A stretch of 64,000 nt of DNA from Bacteroidales bacterium (GTDB taxonomy: Bacteria > Bacteroidota > Bacteroidia > Bacteroidales > ML635J-15). Numbering within the stretch: the stretch's first letter is position 1; each line of letters starts with the position of its first letter. Location of the stretch: assembly GCA_017651185.1 (NCBI GenBank), contig JAGCDJ010000043.1:6555-70554 (forward strand), written 5' to 3'. Of this stretch, positions 9,578-17,952 are shown piece after piece. The position numbers and the translations under genes are program-made. The notes beneath the pieces were generated by a model that searched no databases, had not been told where the DNA came from, and worked only from the letters and a program-made list of their open reading frames with translations.

Positions 9578-10798
9578 ATGAAATACAACCTGATTTGCAA
9601 AAAGTGTGGCGCTGTAATAAATAATTTCGCAGAATGGTTTGAAAATGACCAACTTTGCCCTAAGTGCGGAAGCAATCATGTGGAGGTAAAATACGATGCC
9701 GACTATTCGAAACTTCCCGCGTTGTACAATGGCAAGCCCGAAAGTTTCTGGCATTACTTCGATTTCTTGCCTCTCGAAGACAAGAAGAATATAGTAAGTT
9801 TTGGCGAAGGCGCTATTCCTGTCGAACACTGGGAGTTTCTCGACCGCGTTGCAAAGGAAAAGTACGGAATCGACTGCAAGGCATACGTTTACCGTAATGA
9901 CCTTAACGGAGGAACCAACACTTTCAAGGACGTTGCTGCTTCTTTGGCCGCTTCGCTTTTCAAGGAGAATGGTGTAAAGGAATATTGTCTTGCATCGAGC
10001 GGAAATACAGCTACTGCATACAGCAAGTATCTGGCTAAGGCAGGCGTTAAGTTCGATATTTTTGTTCCAGAATGCGTTTGCAAGGATACTGCCGACGAGA
10101 TTCGCTCTCTTGGACAGAACTTGGTAGTTTGCGAAGGCGACTACGGCGCAGCCAAGAAAGTTGCCGCTAACTTCCACAAGGAGCAGAAGGTTATGATTTC
10201 GGCAGGTAATATCGACCCGATACGTGTTGAAGCAAAGAAGACTATGGTGTTTGAGTTTATGCGTCAACTTGGCAAGATGCCCGATGTATATGTTCAGGCA
10301 GTTGCTGGAGGAACAGGACCTATTGCACTCGACAAGGGCGTACGTGAGATATGCGACAAGTATCCCGAAGTTAAGTTGCCGCGCATGATTTTGGTTCAGC
10401 AGGACACTTGCGATCCGATGGTTCAGGGTTGGGAGCGTGCCGTAAAGAGCAATTTTGCAGAAGGTTACGAAAAGGATTATCCTGTAATCGACAATCCGCA
10501 GACAAAGGTTTCGATACTTTCGGCTGGAAATCCGGGTATGTACCCGTTGGTGGCTCCGATAGTACGCAAGAGCGACGGTTATTTTGTTCGCGTTAAGGAG
10601 TCGGAACTTGTCGATTATGCAAGTATTGCAAAGGATGAGAAGAACGTTTACTTCGGTCCTGCAGGTGCAGTTTGCTTTGCCGGATTCTACAAGGCGCTCG
10701 AGGAAGGTCGTATCAGAAATGGTGAAACCGTTCTCATAAATACTGGCGAAGGTGCTGCTCGCGCAAAGGATTTCAAGGCCGCTGTTGACAAAAAATAA
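9578..10798 (+). CDS. Threonine-synthase-fold PLP enzyme with N-terminal Zn ribbon; candidate cysteate synthase
   Basis: CKKC...CPKC, TFKD PLP lysine, ASSGNT, AVAGGTG; gene context suggests the function. Confidence 0.65.
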   Translation: MKYNLICKKCGAVINNFAEWFENDQLCPKCGSNHVEVKYDADYSKLPALYNGKPESFWHYFDFLPLEDKKNIVSFGEGAIPVEHWEFLDRVAKEKYGIDCKAYVYRNDLNGGTNTFKDVAASLAASLFKENGVKEYCLASSGNTATAYSKYLAKAGVKFDIFVPECVCKDTADEIRSLGQNLVVCEGDYGAAKKVAANFHKEQKVMISAGNIDPIRVEAKKTMVFEFMRQLGKMPDVYVQAVAGGTGPIALDKGVREICDKYPEVKLPRMILVQQDTCDPMVQGWERAVKSNFAEGYEKDYPVIDNPQTKVSILSAGNPGMYPLVAPIVRKSDGYFVRVKESELVDYASIAKDEKNVYFGPAGAVCFAGFYKALEEGRIRNGETVLINTGEGAARAKDFKAAVDKK

Positions 10799-10828
10799 AA
10801 ACGAATCAAAATGTTACATTTAGGGACC

Positions 10829-10989
10829 GTCATTCCACAAGTCAGAACATACTCGCGATACGGAACGGGGAGCGTTGTAATGTTCGACTATGCGGAATCT
10901 CCTATGGAACCGTTTTCAGATGGAGATTCCGTACAGACAGGCTCACAAGGCTCGAACCTGCGCCTGTTCGCTTTGTCTTACGGAATGAC
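10829..10989. repeat. CGTC-type REP-like nested palindrome
   Basis: GTCATTCC (10829) pairs with GGAATGAC (10982-10989); inner TGCGGAATCTCC / GGAGATTCCGTA. Confidence 0.7.
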
Positions 10990-11003
10990 ACTATTGTAGT
11001 CGT

Positions 11004-11807
11004 ATGAAACCTCGTTTTGCTGGCAAAATAGTATGGATAACTGGTGCTTCGTCGGGAATAGGCGAGGCAACTGCCTACCGCATGTCTGCCGAAGGCGCAA
11101 GTCTTATTCTGACTTCGCGTAACGAATCGGCGCTTGCGTCGGTGCGTGAAAGGTGCATTGCCAGTGGCGCACCAAAGGCGGAGGTTTTACCAGCAGATTT
11201 GTCGCAACTTGAAAATCTGGAAAAACTGGCAGAATCGGCATGGTCGCTTTTCGGAAAGATTGACATTTTCTTCTGTAATGCTGGCATCAGTCAGCGGTCG
11301 AATACCATCGATTCGCAGATGGAGGTGATTGACAAGGTGATGGATGTCAACTATTTTGCTCCAGTTACAATCACAAAGGCGTTGCTTCCGAAGATGATTG
11401 CTGCTGGTGGTGGACAGATTGCCGTTACTACAAGCATTGCAGGAAAATTCGGTTTTCCGCTGCGTTGCGCCTATAGCTCGTCAAAGTTCGCTCTGTATGG
11501 CTTTTTCGAGACGGTGCAGGCCGAGTGCTATAAGGACGGCATACGTGTTACTTTTGTTTGTCCGGGTCGTGTTCAGACCAACATTTCGCTCTATGCACTC
11601 GAAAAGGACGGCACTCCGCACGGCAAGATGGACGCTGGTCAGGCTGGTGGAATAACATCGGAGATGGCGGCACGTAAGATTGCAAATGCCATTTATAGGA
11701 AAAAACGCGAAGTGCTTGTCGGTGGCAAGGAACTGCTTATGGTACATATCAAAAGGTGGTTCCCGGGTCTGGCGGCAAGGATTGCAAGGAATATAAAGGC
11801 GATGTAA
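11004..11807 (+). CDS. Short-chain dehydrogenase/reductase; candidate 3-ketocapnine reductase (CapC-like)
   Basis: TGASSGIG, CNAG, YSSSK; context next to the acyltransferase and cysteate synthase candidates. Confidence 0.75.
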   Translation: MKPRFAGKIVWITGASSGIGEATAYRMSAEGASLILTSRNESALASVRERCIASGAPKAEVLPADLSQLENLEKLAESAWSLFGKIDIFFCNAGISQRSNTIDSQMEVIDKVMDVNYFAPVTITKALLPKMIAAGGGQIAVTTSIAGKFGFPLRCAYSSSKFALYGFFETVQAECYKDGIRVTFVCPGRVQTNISLYALEKDGTPHGKMDAGQAGGITSEMAARKIANAIYRKKREVLVGGKELLMVHIKRWFPGLAARIARNIKAM

Positions 11808-11893
11808 AATTATAATTGACAATTAATAATGGAAAATTTTTTTTAATTTAATCATCAAATTTTCAAATTATCAAATTTTTGAATAATTAGCAA

Positions 11894-12964
11894 ATGGAAA
11901 ATTACTTTATATCTGGAATACAGCAGGTTGGCGTAGGAACAGAAAATTTCCACGAATCGTGGAAGTGGTATATCAAGATGTTTGGAATGGATGTCAAGAT
12001 TTTGGAGGACGACACAGTTGCCGAGCGAATGCTTCCTTATACAGGCAATCAGCCACAGAAGCGCCACGCCTGTATTGCAATAAATCTTCAAGGTGGTGGC
12101 GGATTCGAAATCTGGCAGTATTCGCAGCGTAAGCCAGAACCGATAGGCTTTGATGTGCAGGTTGCCGACCTCGGTATTTTTGCCGCCAAGATTAAGAGCC
12201 GCAATGTAAAGGCATACCACGATGAGTTGAAGGCTAAGTACGACAAGATTAGCGATGTTGCCAAGACTCCCGAAGGAAAGGACACTTTCATCGTTAAGGA
12301 TCCGTGGAACAACTATTTCCAAGTTGTTGAGGACGACTATGTTTTCATCGATGAAAAGCGTTTGTCGGGTGGTACGGTTGGTGCTATGATTGGCGTTACC
12401 GACGTAGAACGTGCATTGTCGGTTTACCGCGATGTGCTTGGTTACGATACGGTTGTTTACGATGAGACTGGCGTTTTCGATGACTTTGCATTTATGAATG
12501 GCGGAAACCAGAAGTACCGTCGTGTATTGCTTAGGTCGTCGCGTAAGCCAAAGGGTGCTTTTGCCGAACTTATGGGTAGTAGCAGCATTGAACTTGTCGT
12601 AGCATTGGAGCGCCAGCCGAGAAAGATTTTTGAAGGCCGCTATTGGGGTGACCCTGGTTTCATTCAGTTGTGCTTCGATATTACCAATATGCAGGAATTG
12701 AGGAAGTTCTGCGAATCAAAGGGGTTCCCGTTCACAGTTGACAGTTGTCCGAACAACGAGCGTTTCGATATGGGCGAGGCAAGCGGACATTTTACCTACA
12801 TCGAAGACCCCGATGGCACTTTGATAGAATTTGTTGAAACACATAAGATTCCCGTAATGAAGAAATTGGGCTGGAATATAAATATGCTCAAGCGCAACCG
12901 CGAAAAGCCGTTGCCAAGGTTCCTGTTCAAGGTTATGGGAATGTTTAAAGTAAAATTGGATTAA
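11894..12964 (+). CDS. Two-domain VOC (glyoxalase/epimerase-like) protein
   Basis: GIQQVGVG, FEIWQ, KDPWNNYFQVVE, GFIQLCF, EDPDGTLIEFVE. Confidence 0.8.
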   Translation: MENYFISGIQQVGVGTENFHESWKWYIKMFGMDVKILEDDTVAERMLPYTGNQPQKRHACIAINLQGGGGFEIWQYSQRKPEPIGFDVQVADLGIFAAKIKSRNVKAYHDELKAKYDKISDVAKTPEGKDTFIVKDPWNNYFQVVEDDYVFIDEKRLSGGTVGAMIGVTDVERALSVYRDVLGYDTVVYDETGVFDDFAFMNGGNQKYRRVLLRSSRKPKGAFAELMGSSSIELVVALERQPRKIFEGRYWGDPGFIQLCFDITNMQELRKFCESKGFPFTVDSCPNNERFDMGEASGHFTYIEDPDGTLIEFVETHKIPVMKKLGWNINMLKRNREKPLPRFLFKVMGMFKVKLD

Positions 12965-12965
12965 T

Positions 12966-13571
12966 ATGGGAAACTTATATGACCTATTGATGCAGGATGC
13001 GCGTTTTGAGGATGCACTCAAAGCATGCATGAACTGCGGAATATGCACGGCAATATGTCCCGCTGCCGAGTTTTTCCAGTACGACCCGCGCCGAATCTGC
13101 GATATTGTTCAGCGCAAGGACGAAAACGAGATTGAGGCATTGCTGCGTTCAGATATGATTTGGCATTGCGGTCAGTGCCTGTCGTGCAAGACACGCTGTC
13201 CGCGACAGAATGTCCCTGCCGAAGTGATACTTGTGCTTAGGCAAGTCGCCATTAAACTCGGCTATATGGACGAGCGTATTGCCGAGCAGGAAAAGCGTCT
13301 GGCAGAGACTGTTGGAAACAATATACTTGAAATAGGATATTGCGTACATCCCGACAAGGTAAAACCCGAACTTCATCAGGAGCAAGGACCTATTTGGGAG
13401 TGGTATATAAATAACATAGAGGCGGTAGCACCAAAACTTGGCGCCAATTATCATGGCGACGGTCCTGGCGCATTGCGCAAGATACGCGAGGAAAACCTTC
13501 AGGAAGTCAGAAAGATTTTCGAGGTTACCGGCGGTATGGACTTGTTGAAAACATTGAAGGAGGAAAAATGA
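12966..13571 (+). CDS. HdrC-like 2x[4Fe-4S] subunit (sHdrC1-like)
   Basis: CMNCGICTAICP and IWHCGQCLSCKTRCP. Confidence 0.8.
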   Translation: MGNLYDLLMQDARFEDALKACMNCGICTAICPAAEFFQYDPRRICDIVQRKDENEIEALLRSDMIWHCGQCLSCKTRCPRQNVPAEVILVLRQVAIKLGYMDERIAEQEKRLAETVGNNILEIGYCVHPDKVKPELHQEQGPIWEWYINNIEAVAPKLGANYHGDGPGALRKIREENLQEVRKIFEVTGGMDLLKTLKEEK

Positions 13572-13903
13572 GAAAGTTCGGTTTTTCAATATCGCAGACA
13601 AGGTCAATAGATTTGGACCAGATTGACTTTAGTTGCCTCGACGAACTGCGCGAAGCAGTTCCTACATTCATGGTATGCATCAATTGTGGTGCATGTACTG
13701 CAACATGTTCGGCTCAGCAGTTTTCAGATTTTAACATCCGCAAGATAAAGACTATGCTTATGCAAGGACAGTACGAAGGACTTGCAAAACAACTCGATAA
13801 ATGCATGCTTTGCGGAAAGTGCACATTGGTATGTCCGCGTGAAGTAAATCTTAGGAATTCGATTGTAAACATGCGGAGAATATTAACGAAAAAGAATAAG
13901 TGA
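13568..13903 (+). CDS. Small HdrC-like 2x[4Fe-4S] dicluster protein
   Basis: CINCGACTATCS and CMLCGKCTLVCP; overlaps both neighbours. Confidence 0.8.
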   Translation: MRKFGFSISQTRSIDLDQIDFSCLDELREAVPTFMVCINCGACTATCSAQQFSDFNIRKIKTMLMQGQYEGLAKQLDKCMLCGKCTLVCPREVNLRNSIVNMRRILTKKNK

Positions 13904-15687
13904 TGATGAAATATTTCAGTCCGTTTGTACTTCCGTTCGTTCTTGGTGCCTTTGTACTGCTTGGAATATGTGTTTTCAAGTACATCAGATGGTACAGGAG
14001 TTTCGATAGGGTACAACGTTCAAAGGTAAAGAAGAATATTCTTTCGTTGAAATTCCTTCCTGCAATATGGGAGGCGATTTTGGAATGTCTGTTCCATCGT
14101 AAGGTTTTCAGGCGCAACCTTGTTTTGGGTTACATGCATTGTAGTATTGCTTTCGGGTGGTTTTTGCTGATAGTTGTAGGTGCCATAGAAGCCGAGGTTT
14201 GTATTCATGGTTCAAAGCCATTTTGGGTGGCAATATTTTATAGGTTCTTTGTGCATCAGCACGATACGCAGACAAGCATAGTCTTTGCAAACATAATGGA
14301 TGCACTGCTTCTGGTTGTACTTTCGGGTGTAACGCTTGCTGTTATAAAGATGGTGTACTCGAAGATTGTGGGAATGCGCAGGGTGACCAAGCATGTACTG
14401 TTCGACCGTTTTGCAAAGTTCTCGCTGTGGTTCATTTTCCCGTTGCGACTTTTGGCTGAAAGTTATACGGCTGCATATTACGGCAACGGTGGATTTATGA
14501 CACAGGCATTAGGTAATTTGTTTGCTCCTATTTATCACGAATATGTTGAAATGGGATTGTGGACAATGTACTCCATCTGTCTGGCTGTGTTCTTTGTTTC
14601 GTTGCCATTTTCGCGTTACATGCACATTTTTACCGAAGTTTTCCTTATTTTCTTCCGCCGTATGGGTGTTACCGAAGGCGACGAAAAGACTGGCTATACG
14701 ATGTACGAACTTAGCGCTTGCTCGCGTTGCGGTATTTGTATCGACAACTGCCCGATGGACAAGCAACTTGGCGTACAAGGTGTGCAGTCGGTTTATTTAC
14801 TTCGCGATGTTCGTTACAAGCGTGGAACAGAGGAGGTTGCAAACCAGTGCCTTATGTGTCAGCGTTGTTCGTCAGATTGTCCTGTTGGTCTAGACCTTAT
14901 GACAATTCGCCGTCAGGTAAGAAATAAGGAAACTAACCTTGATGCTTCTGGATATTACAGTTATGCTGATAACATTCAGGCATTCAATTCGGTAGGACGA
15001 GTTTTGTATTTCGGCGGATGCATGTCGCATCTTACGCCTGGCATTACCGAAGCCATGATGAAGATTTTCGATGCTGTTGACCAGAAATACTGGTATATGG
15101 ACAAGGACAGGACTATTTGCTGTGGTCGTCCGTTGTTGCAGCAGGGATTTTTGAAGCAGGCAAAGGACTTGCGTCTTAAGAATCAGAGCATGATAATCAA
15201 GTCGAAGGCAAAACTGCTTGTAACATCGTGTCCGATATGCTACCAGTCGTTTACAAAGGAGTATAACCTGCCGATAAAGGTTATGCATCACACCGAATAC
15301 ATCGAAGGTCTGATAAGGTCGGGCAGGTTGAAGTTGCGCAAGGACGACCTTAAGGTTGTTTACCACGATCCGTGCGAACTTGGTCGCGGATGCGGAATAT
15401 ACAACGAGCCACGCGAGGTTTTGAAGTCTGTTTCAACCTTGGTTAAGGCGAAGTACGAAAAGGAAAAGAGCCTTTGCTGTGGTTTCAATCTTGGTAGTAC
15501 AGTGCTGACAATGGACCAGCAGACCAAGGTGCGCGATGCAGCGGTGGAAAGTCTTATGGATAAGAATCCTGACTTGATTGCAACAGCCTGCCCGATGTGC
15601 AAGAAGGCGTTTAATCACGCGACAACATTGCAGGTGAAGGATGTCGCTGAGATTGTAGCGGAAAACATTATAAAAGTTGAAAGTTGA
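13903..15687 (+). CDS. Membrane-anchored Fe-S oxidoreductase (NarI/HdrE-like TM region, 2x[4Fe-4S], two CCG domains; HdrD/GlpC-like)
   Basis: Hydrophobic N-terminal helices with His (GYMH, RYMH); CSRCGICIDNCP, CLMCQRCSSDCP; ICCG..CPIC and HDPC..LCCG..CPMC. Confidence 0.8.
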   Translation: MMKYFSPFVLPFVLGAFVLLGICVFKYIRWYRSFDRVQRSKVKKNILSLKFLPAIWEAILECLFHRKVFRRNLVLGYMHCSIAFGWFLLIVVGAIEAEVCIHGSKPFWVAIFYRFFVHQHDTQTSIVFANIMDALLLVVLSGVTLAVIKMVYSKIVGMRRVTKHVLFDRFAKFSLWFIFPLRLLAESYTAAYYGNGGFMTQALGNLFAPIYHEYVEMGLWTMYSICLAVFFVSLPFSRYMHIFTEVFLIFFRRMGVTEGDEKTGYTMYELSACSRCGICIDNCPMDKQLGVQGVQSVYLLRDVRYKRGTEEVANQCLMCQRCSSDCPVGLDLMTIRRQVRNKETNLDASGYYSYADNIQAFNSVGRVLYFGGCMSHLTPGITEAMMKIFDAVDQKYWYMDKDRTICCGRPLLQQGFLKQAKDLRLKNQSMIIKSKAKLLVTSCPICYQSFTKEYNLPIKVMHHTEYIEGLIRSGRLKLRKDDLKVVYHDPCELGRGCGIYNEPREVLKSVSTLVKAKYEKEKSLCCGFNLGSTVLTMDQQTKVRDAAVESLMDKNPDLIATACPMCKKAFNHATTLQVKDVAEIVAENIIKVES

Positions 15688-15780
15688 AAGTTGAAAATTG
15701 AAATGACGGTTGTAGTCGCGCAATGCTTTGCGCAGAATGGATAAAATAAATTAAGAAAGAATAATTTGAATTCAAATTAT

Positions 15781-16848
15781 ATGGACGAATCAAAAAATAG
15801 AAGATATTGGAACGAATACCAGAAGGAAATTGCCGATGACAAGTTCTTCTACGAGCGCAGTTGCATCAGACAGACTTTTTTCCCTGGGTCGGAAACGGCT
15901 TTCCTGAAAATTATGCGTGAGGAGTTAGGCAAGGACATTCGCGACGAGGCCAACCAGCATACTTGCACGGGTATTGGCTATCATTCCGATATAGTTCCTA
16001 TGGAAACAACAATGACGGTTGTAGCACGCTTGTTTTCGCTTATGACCGATGCGGGTTACGAAAACTATGTGCCTTCGTGCGTTACTTCGTTCGGTATTTT
16101 TACCGAAATGGTTGAAATGTGGAAGGAGCATCCCGAACTTCTCGAAAAGACACGCAAGTACCTGAAGGAAGCCACAGGTCGCGATTTTGAGGCACCTAAA
16201 AATATTGCTCACCCATCCGACATCATATACAAGTATCGTTTCGAGTTGAAGGAAAAGATGAAATATCAACTTGTGAACCGTTTTACGGGCAAGCCGTTGC
16301 GCGTAGTGGAGCATATAGGTTGCCATTATGCCAAGATTTTCCCTGAAAAGGGTATTGGAAAGGCAGAATTTCCATACGTTCTCGCAGGAATGATAGAAGC
16401 GTGGGGTGGCGAGGTTGTTGATTATCCTGAGCGCCGTCATTGCTGTGGATTTGGATTCCGTCACTATCTGTTGCAGGAAAACCGTGGCTATTCTGTGGCT
16501 AACACCAAGAAAAAGTTCGAGTCGATGGAACCGTTTGAGCCTGATTTCATTGTCGCTAACTGTCCCGGTTGCGCTATGTTTATGGACAAATGGCAATATA
16601 CGATAGCCGAGATGGAAAACAAGACTTACGACAAGGACGGATATGGTATTCCAGTGCTAACCTACGAGGAAATGGCGGGAATGTTGCTCGGCTACGACCC
16701 GTGGAAACTCGGAATGCAGTTGCATCAGGTACAGGTTGAAAATCTGCTCGACAAGATAGGCATTCCGTACAAGCCAAACGAAAAATATCGCGGTGCAAAT
16801 GGAGAAATCCTTCCTTCGCCCGAAAAACCAATGAATTTAAAAGTGTAA
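15781..16848 (+). CDS. HdrB-like CCG-domain subunit (sHdrB1-like)
   Basis: Degenerate first CCG domain (QHTCTG, SCVTSFG); intact second domain (HIGCHY, CCGFGFRH, NCPGC). Confidence 0.8.
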   Translation: MDESKNRRYWNEYQKEIADDKFFYERSCIRQTFFPGSETAFLKIMREELGKDIRDEANQHTCTGIGYHSDIVPMETTMTVVARLFSLMTDAGYENYVPSCVTSFGIFTEMVEMWKEHPELLEKTRKYLKEATGRDFEAPKNIAHPSDIIYKYRFELKEKMKYQLVNRFTGKPLRVVEHIGCHYAKIFPEKGIGKAEFPYVLAGMIEAWGGEVVDYPERRHCCGFGFRHYLLQENRGYSVANTKKKFESMEPFEPDFIVANCPGCAMFMDKWQYTIAEMENKTYDKDGYGIPVLTYEEMAGMLLGYDPWKLGMQLHQVQVENLLDKIGIPYKPNEKYRGANGEILPSPEKPMNLKV

Positions 16849-16863
16849 TGTAAAATATTAGAT

Positions 16864-17871
16864 ATGAGTAAGATTGCTATAATAGGAGCCGGACCTGCCG
16901 GTATTGAAAGTGCATCGATGCTTGCAAGAAACCATGAGGTGCTGTTATTCGAAAAGTCATCGACAGCATTATCCAACATACTCGACAAGGCATATCTGTT
17001 CCCCGATTTTTCAAGTGCTACCGATATTGCCGACAGTTTGAATTCGAAACTTATAAATGAGAATATAAAGTTGATGCTTAATACCGAAGTCGTTGATGTT
17101 GTAAGAAACGATTCGGAATGGAAGATAGTTGACGCGTCAGGAAAGAACTATTTTGTTGATGCAGTGCTTATCACAACTGGTTACCAGACCTTTGACGCTA
17201 CGCGCAAGGAAGAACTTGGATATGGCATATACAAGGGCGTAGTTACTTCCATAGATATGGAAAGAATGATAAGGTACAACCAGATTGTGAACTCGATAAA
17301 CGAAGCACCGAAGCGTATTGTTTTCCTGCAGTGTGTAGGTTCGCGTGACGAAAAGTCTGGCAACCGCTATTGCTCCAAGGTTTGCTGTGTGACGGCTGTA
17401 AAACAGGCAATAGAAGTGCGTAAGATGCTTCCCGAAGCCGAAATATACATTTTCTATATGGACTTGCGCATGTGGGGACAGCATTTCGAGGAACTTTACC
17501 GTGAATCTCAGGAAAAGTATGACATCCGCTATGTGCGTGGACGTATTTCTGAGGCATCATCCACTTTCGACCGTAAGATACAGATAAAGGCGGAAGACAC
17601 TTTGCTCGGTGTTCCTCTGAAGATGACCACCGACTTGCTTGTACTGATGGTTGGTATGGAAGCATCGTCTGGAACAAAGTCGCTTGGTTGCAAGTGCGGA
17701 ATAGGGGGCGAGTATGGTTTCGTCAAGACGGCAACTCCGCATCTTTGCGACAACGAAACCTCCGAGAAGGGACTGTTTGTTGCAGGTTCGTGCAAGCGAC
17801 CAATGACAATCAACGATGTCATTAACGATGCAAGGTCGGCGGCGTGTGTTATTGGCGAATACTTAAGGTAA
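16864..17871 (+). CDS. Short HdrA-like FAD/[4Fe-4S] subunit (sHdrA-like)
   Basis: GAGPAG, CVGSRDEKSGNRYCSKVCC, FYMDLR, GLFVAGSC; 335 aa with no ferredoxin insertions. Confidence 0.8.
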   Translation: MSKIAIIGAGPAGIESASMLARNHEVLLFEKSSTALSNILDKAYLFPDFSSATDIADSLNSKLINENIKLMLNTEVVDVVRNDSEWKIVDASGKNYFVDAVLITTGYQTFDATRKEELGYGIYKGVVTSIDMERMIRYNQIVNSINEAPKRIVFLQCVGSRDEKSGNRYCSKVCCVTAVKQAIEVRKMLPEAEIYIFYMDLRMWGQHFEELYRESQEKYDIRYVRGRISEASSTFDRKIQIKAEDTLLGVPLKMTTDLLVLMVGMEASSGTKSLGCKCGIGGEYGFVKTATPHLCDNETSEKGLFVAGSCKRPMTINDVINDARSAACVIGEYLR

Positions 17872-17897
17872 ATATATATTTAGACATAATGAAAAAA

Positions 17898-17931
17898 TAA
17901 GCGGGAATGATTTCATTCCCGCTTACTTTTT
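17898..17931. terminator. Bidirectional intrinsic terminator closing the operon
   Basis: TAAGCGGGAATGA-TT-TCATTCCCGCTTA between convergent genes. Confidence 0.75.
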
Positions 17932-17952
17932 ATATGTATTGTTGTGTCGTTT

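Noticed and set aside
10811-10999. 62-aa ORF between the PLP enzyme and the SDR
   Set aside because: Coincides with the palindromic repeat; no protein-like features.
12966-17871. Methanogen-type CoM-S-S-CoB reductase or archaeal contamination
   Set aside because: Embedded in Bacteroidota-type sequence with similar composition; HdrA is short and mvhD is absent.
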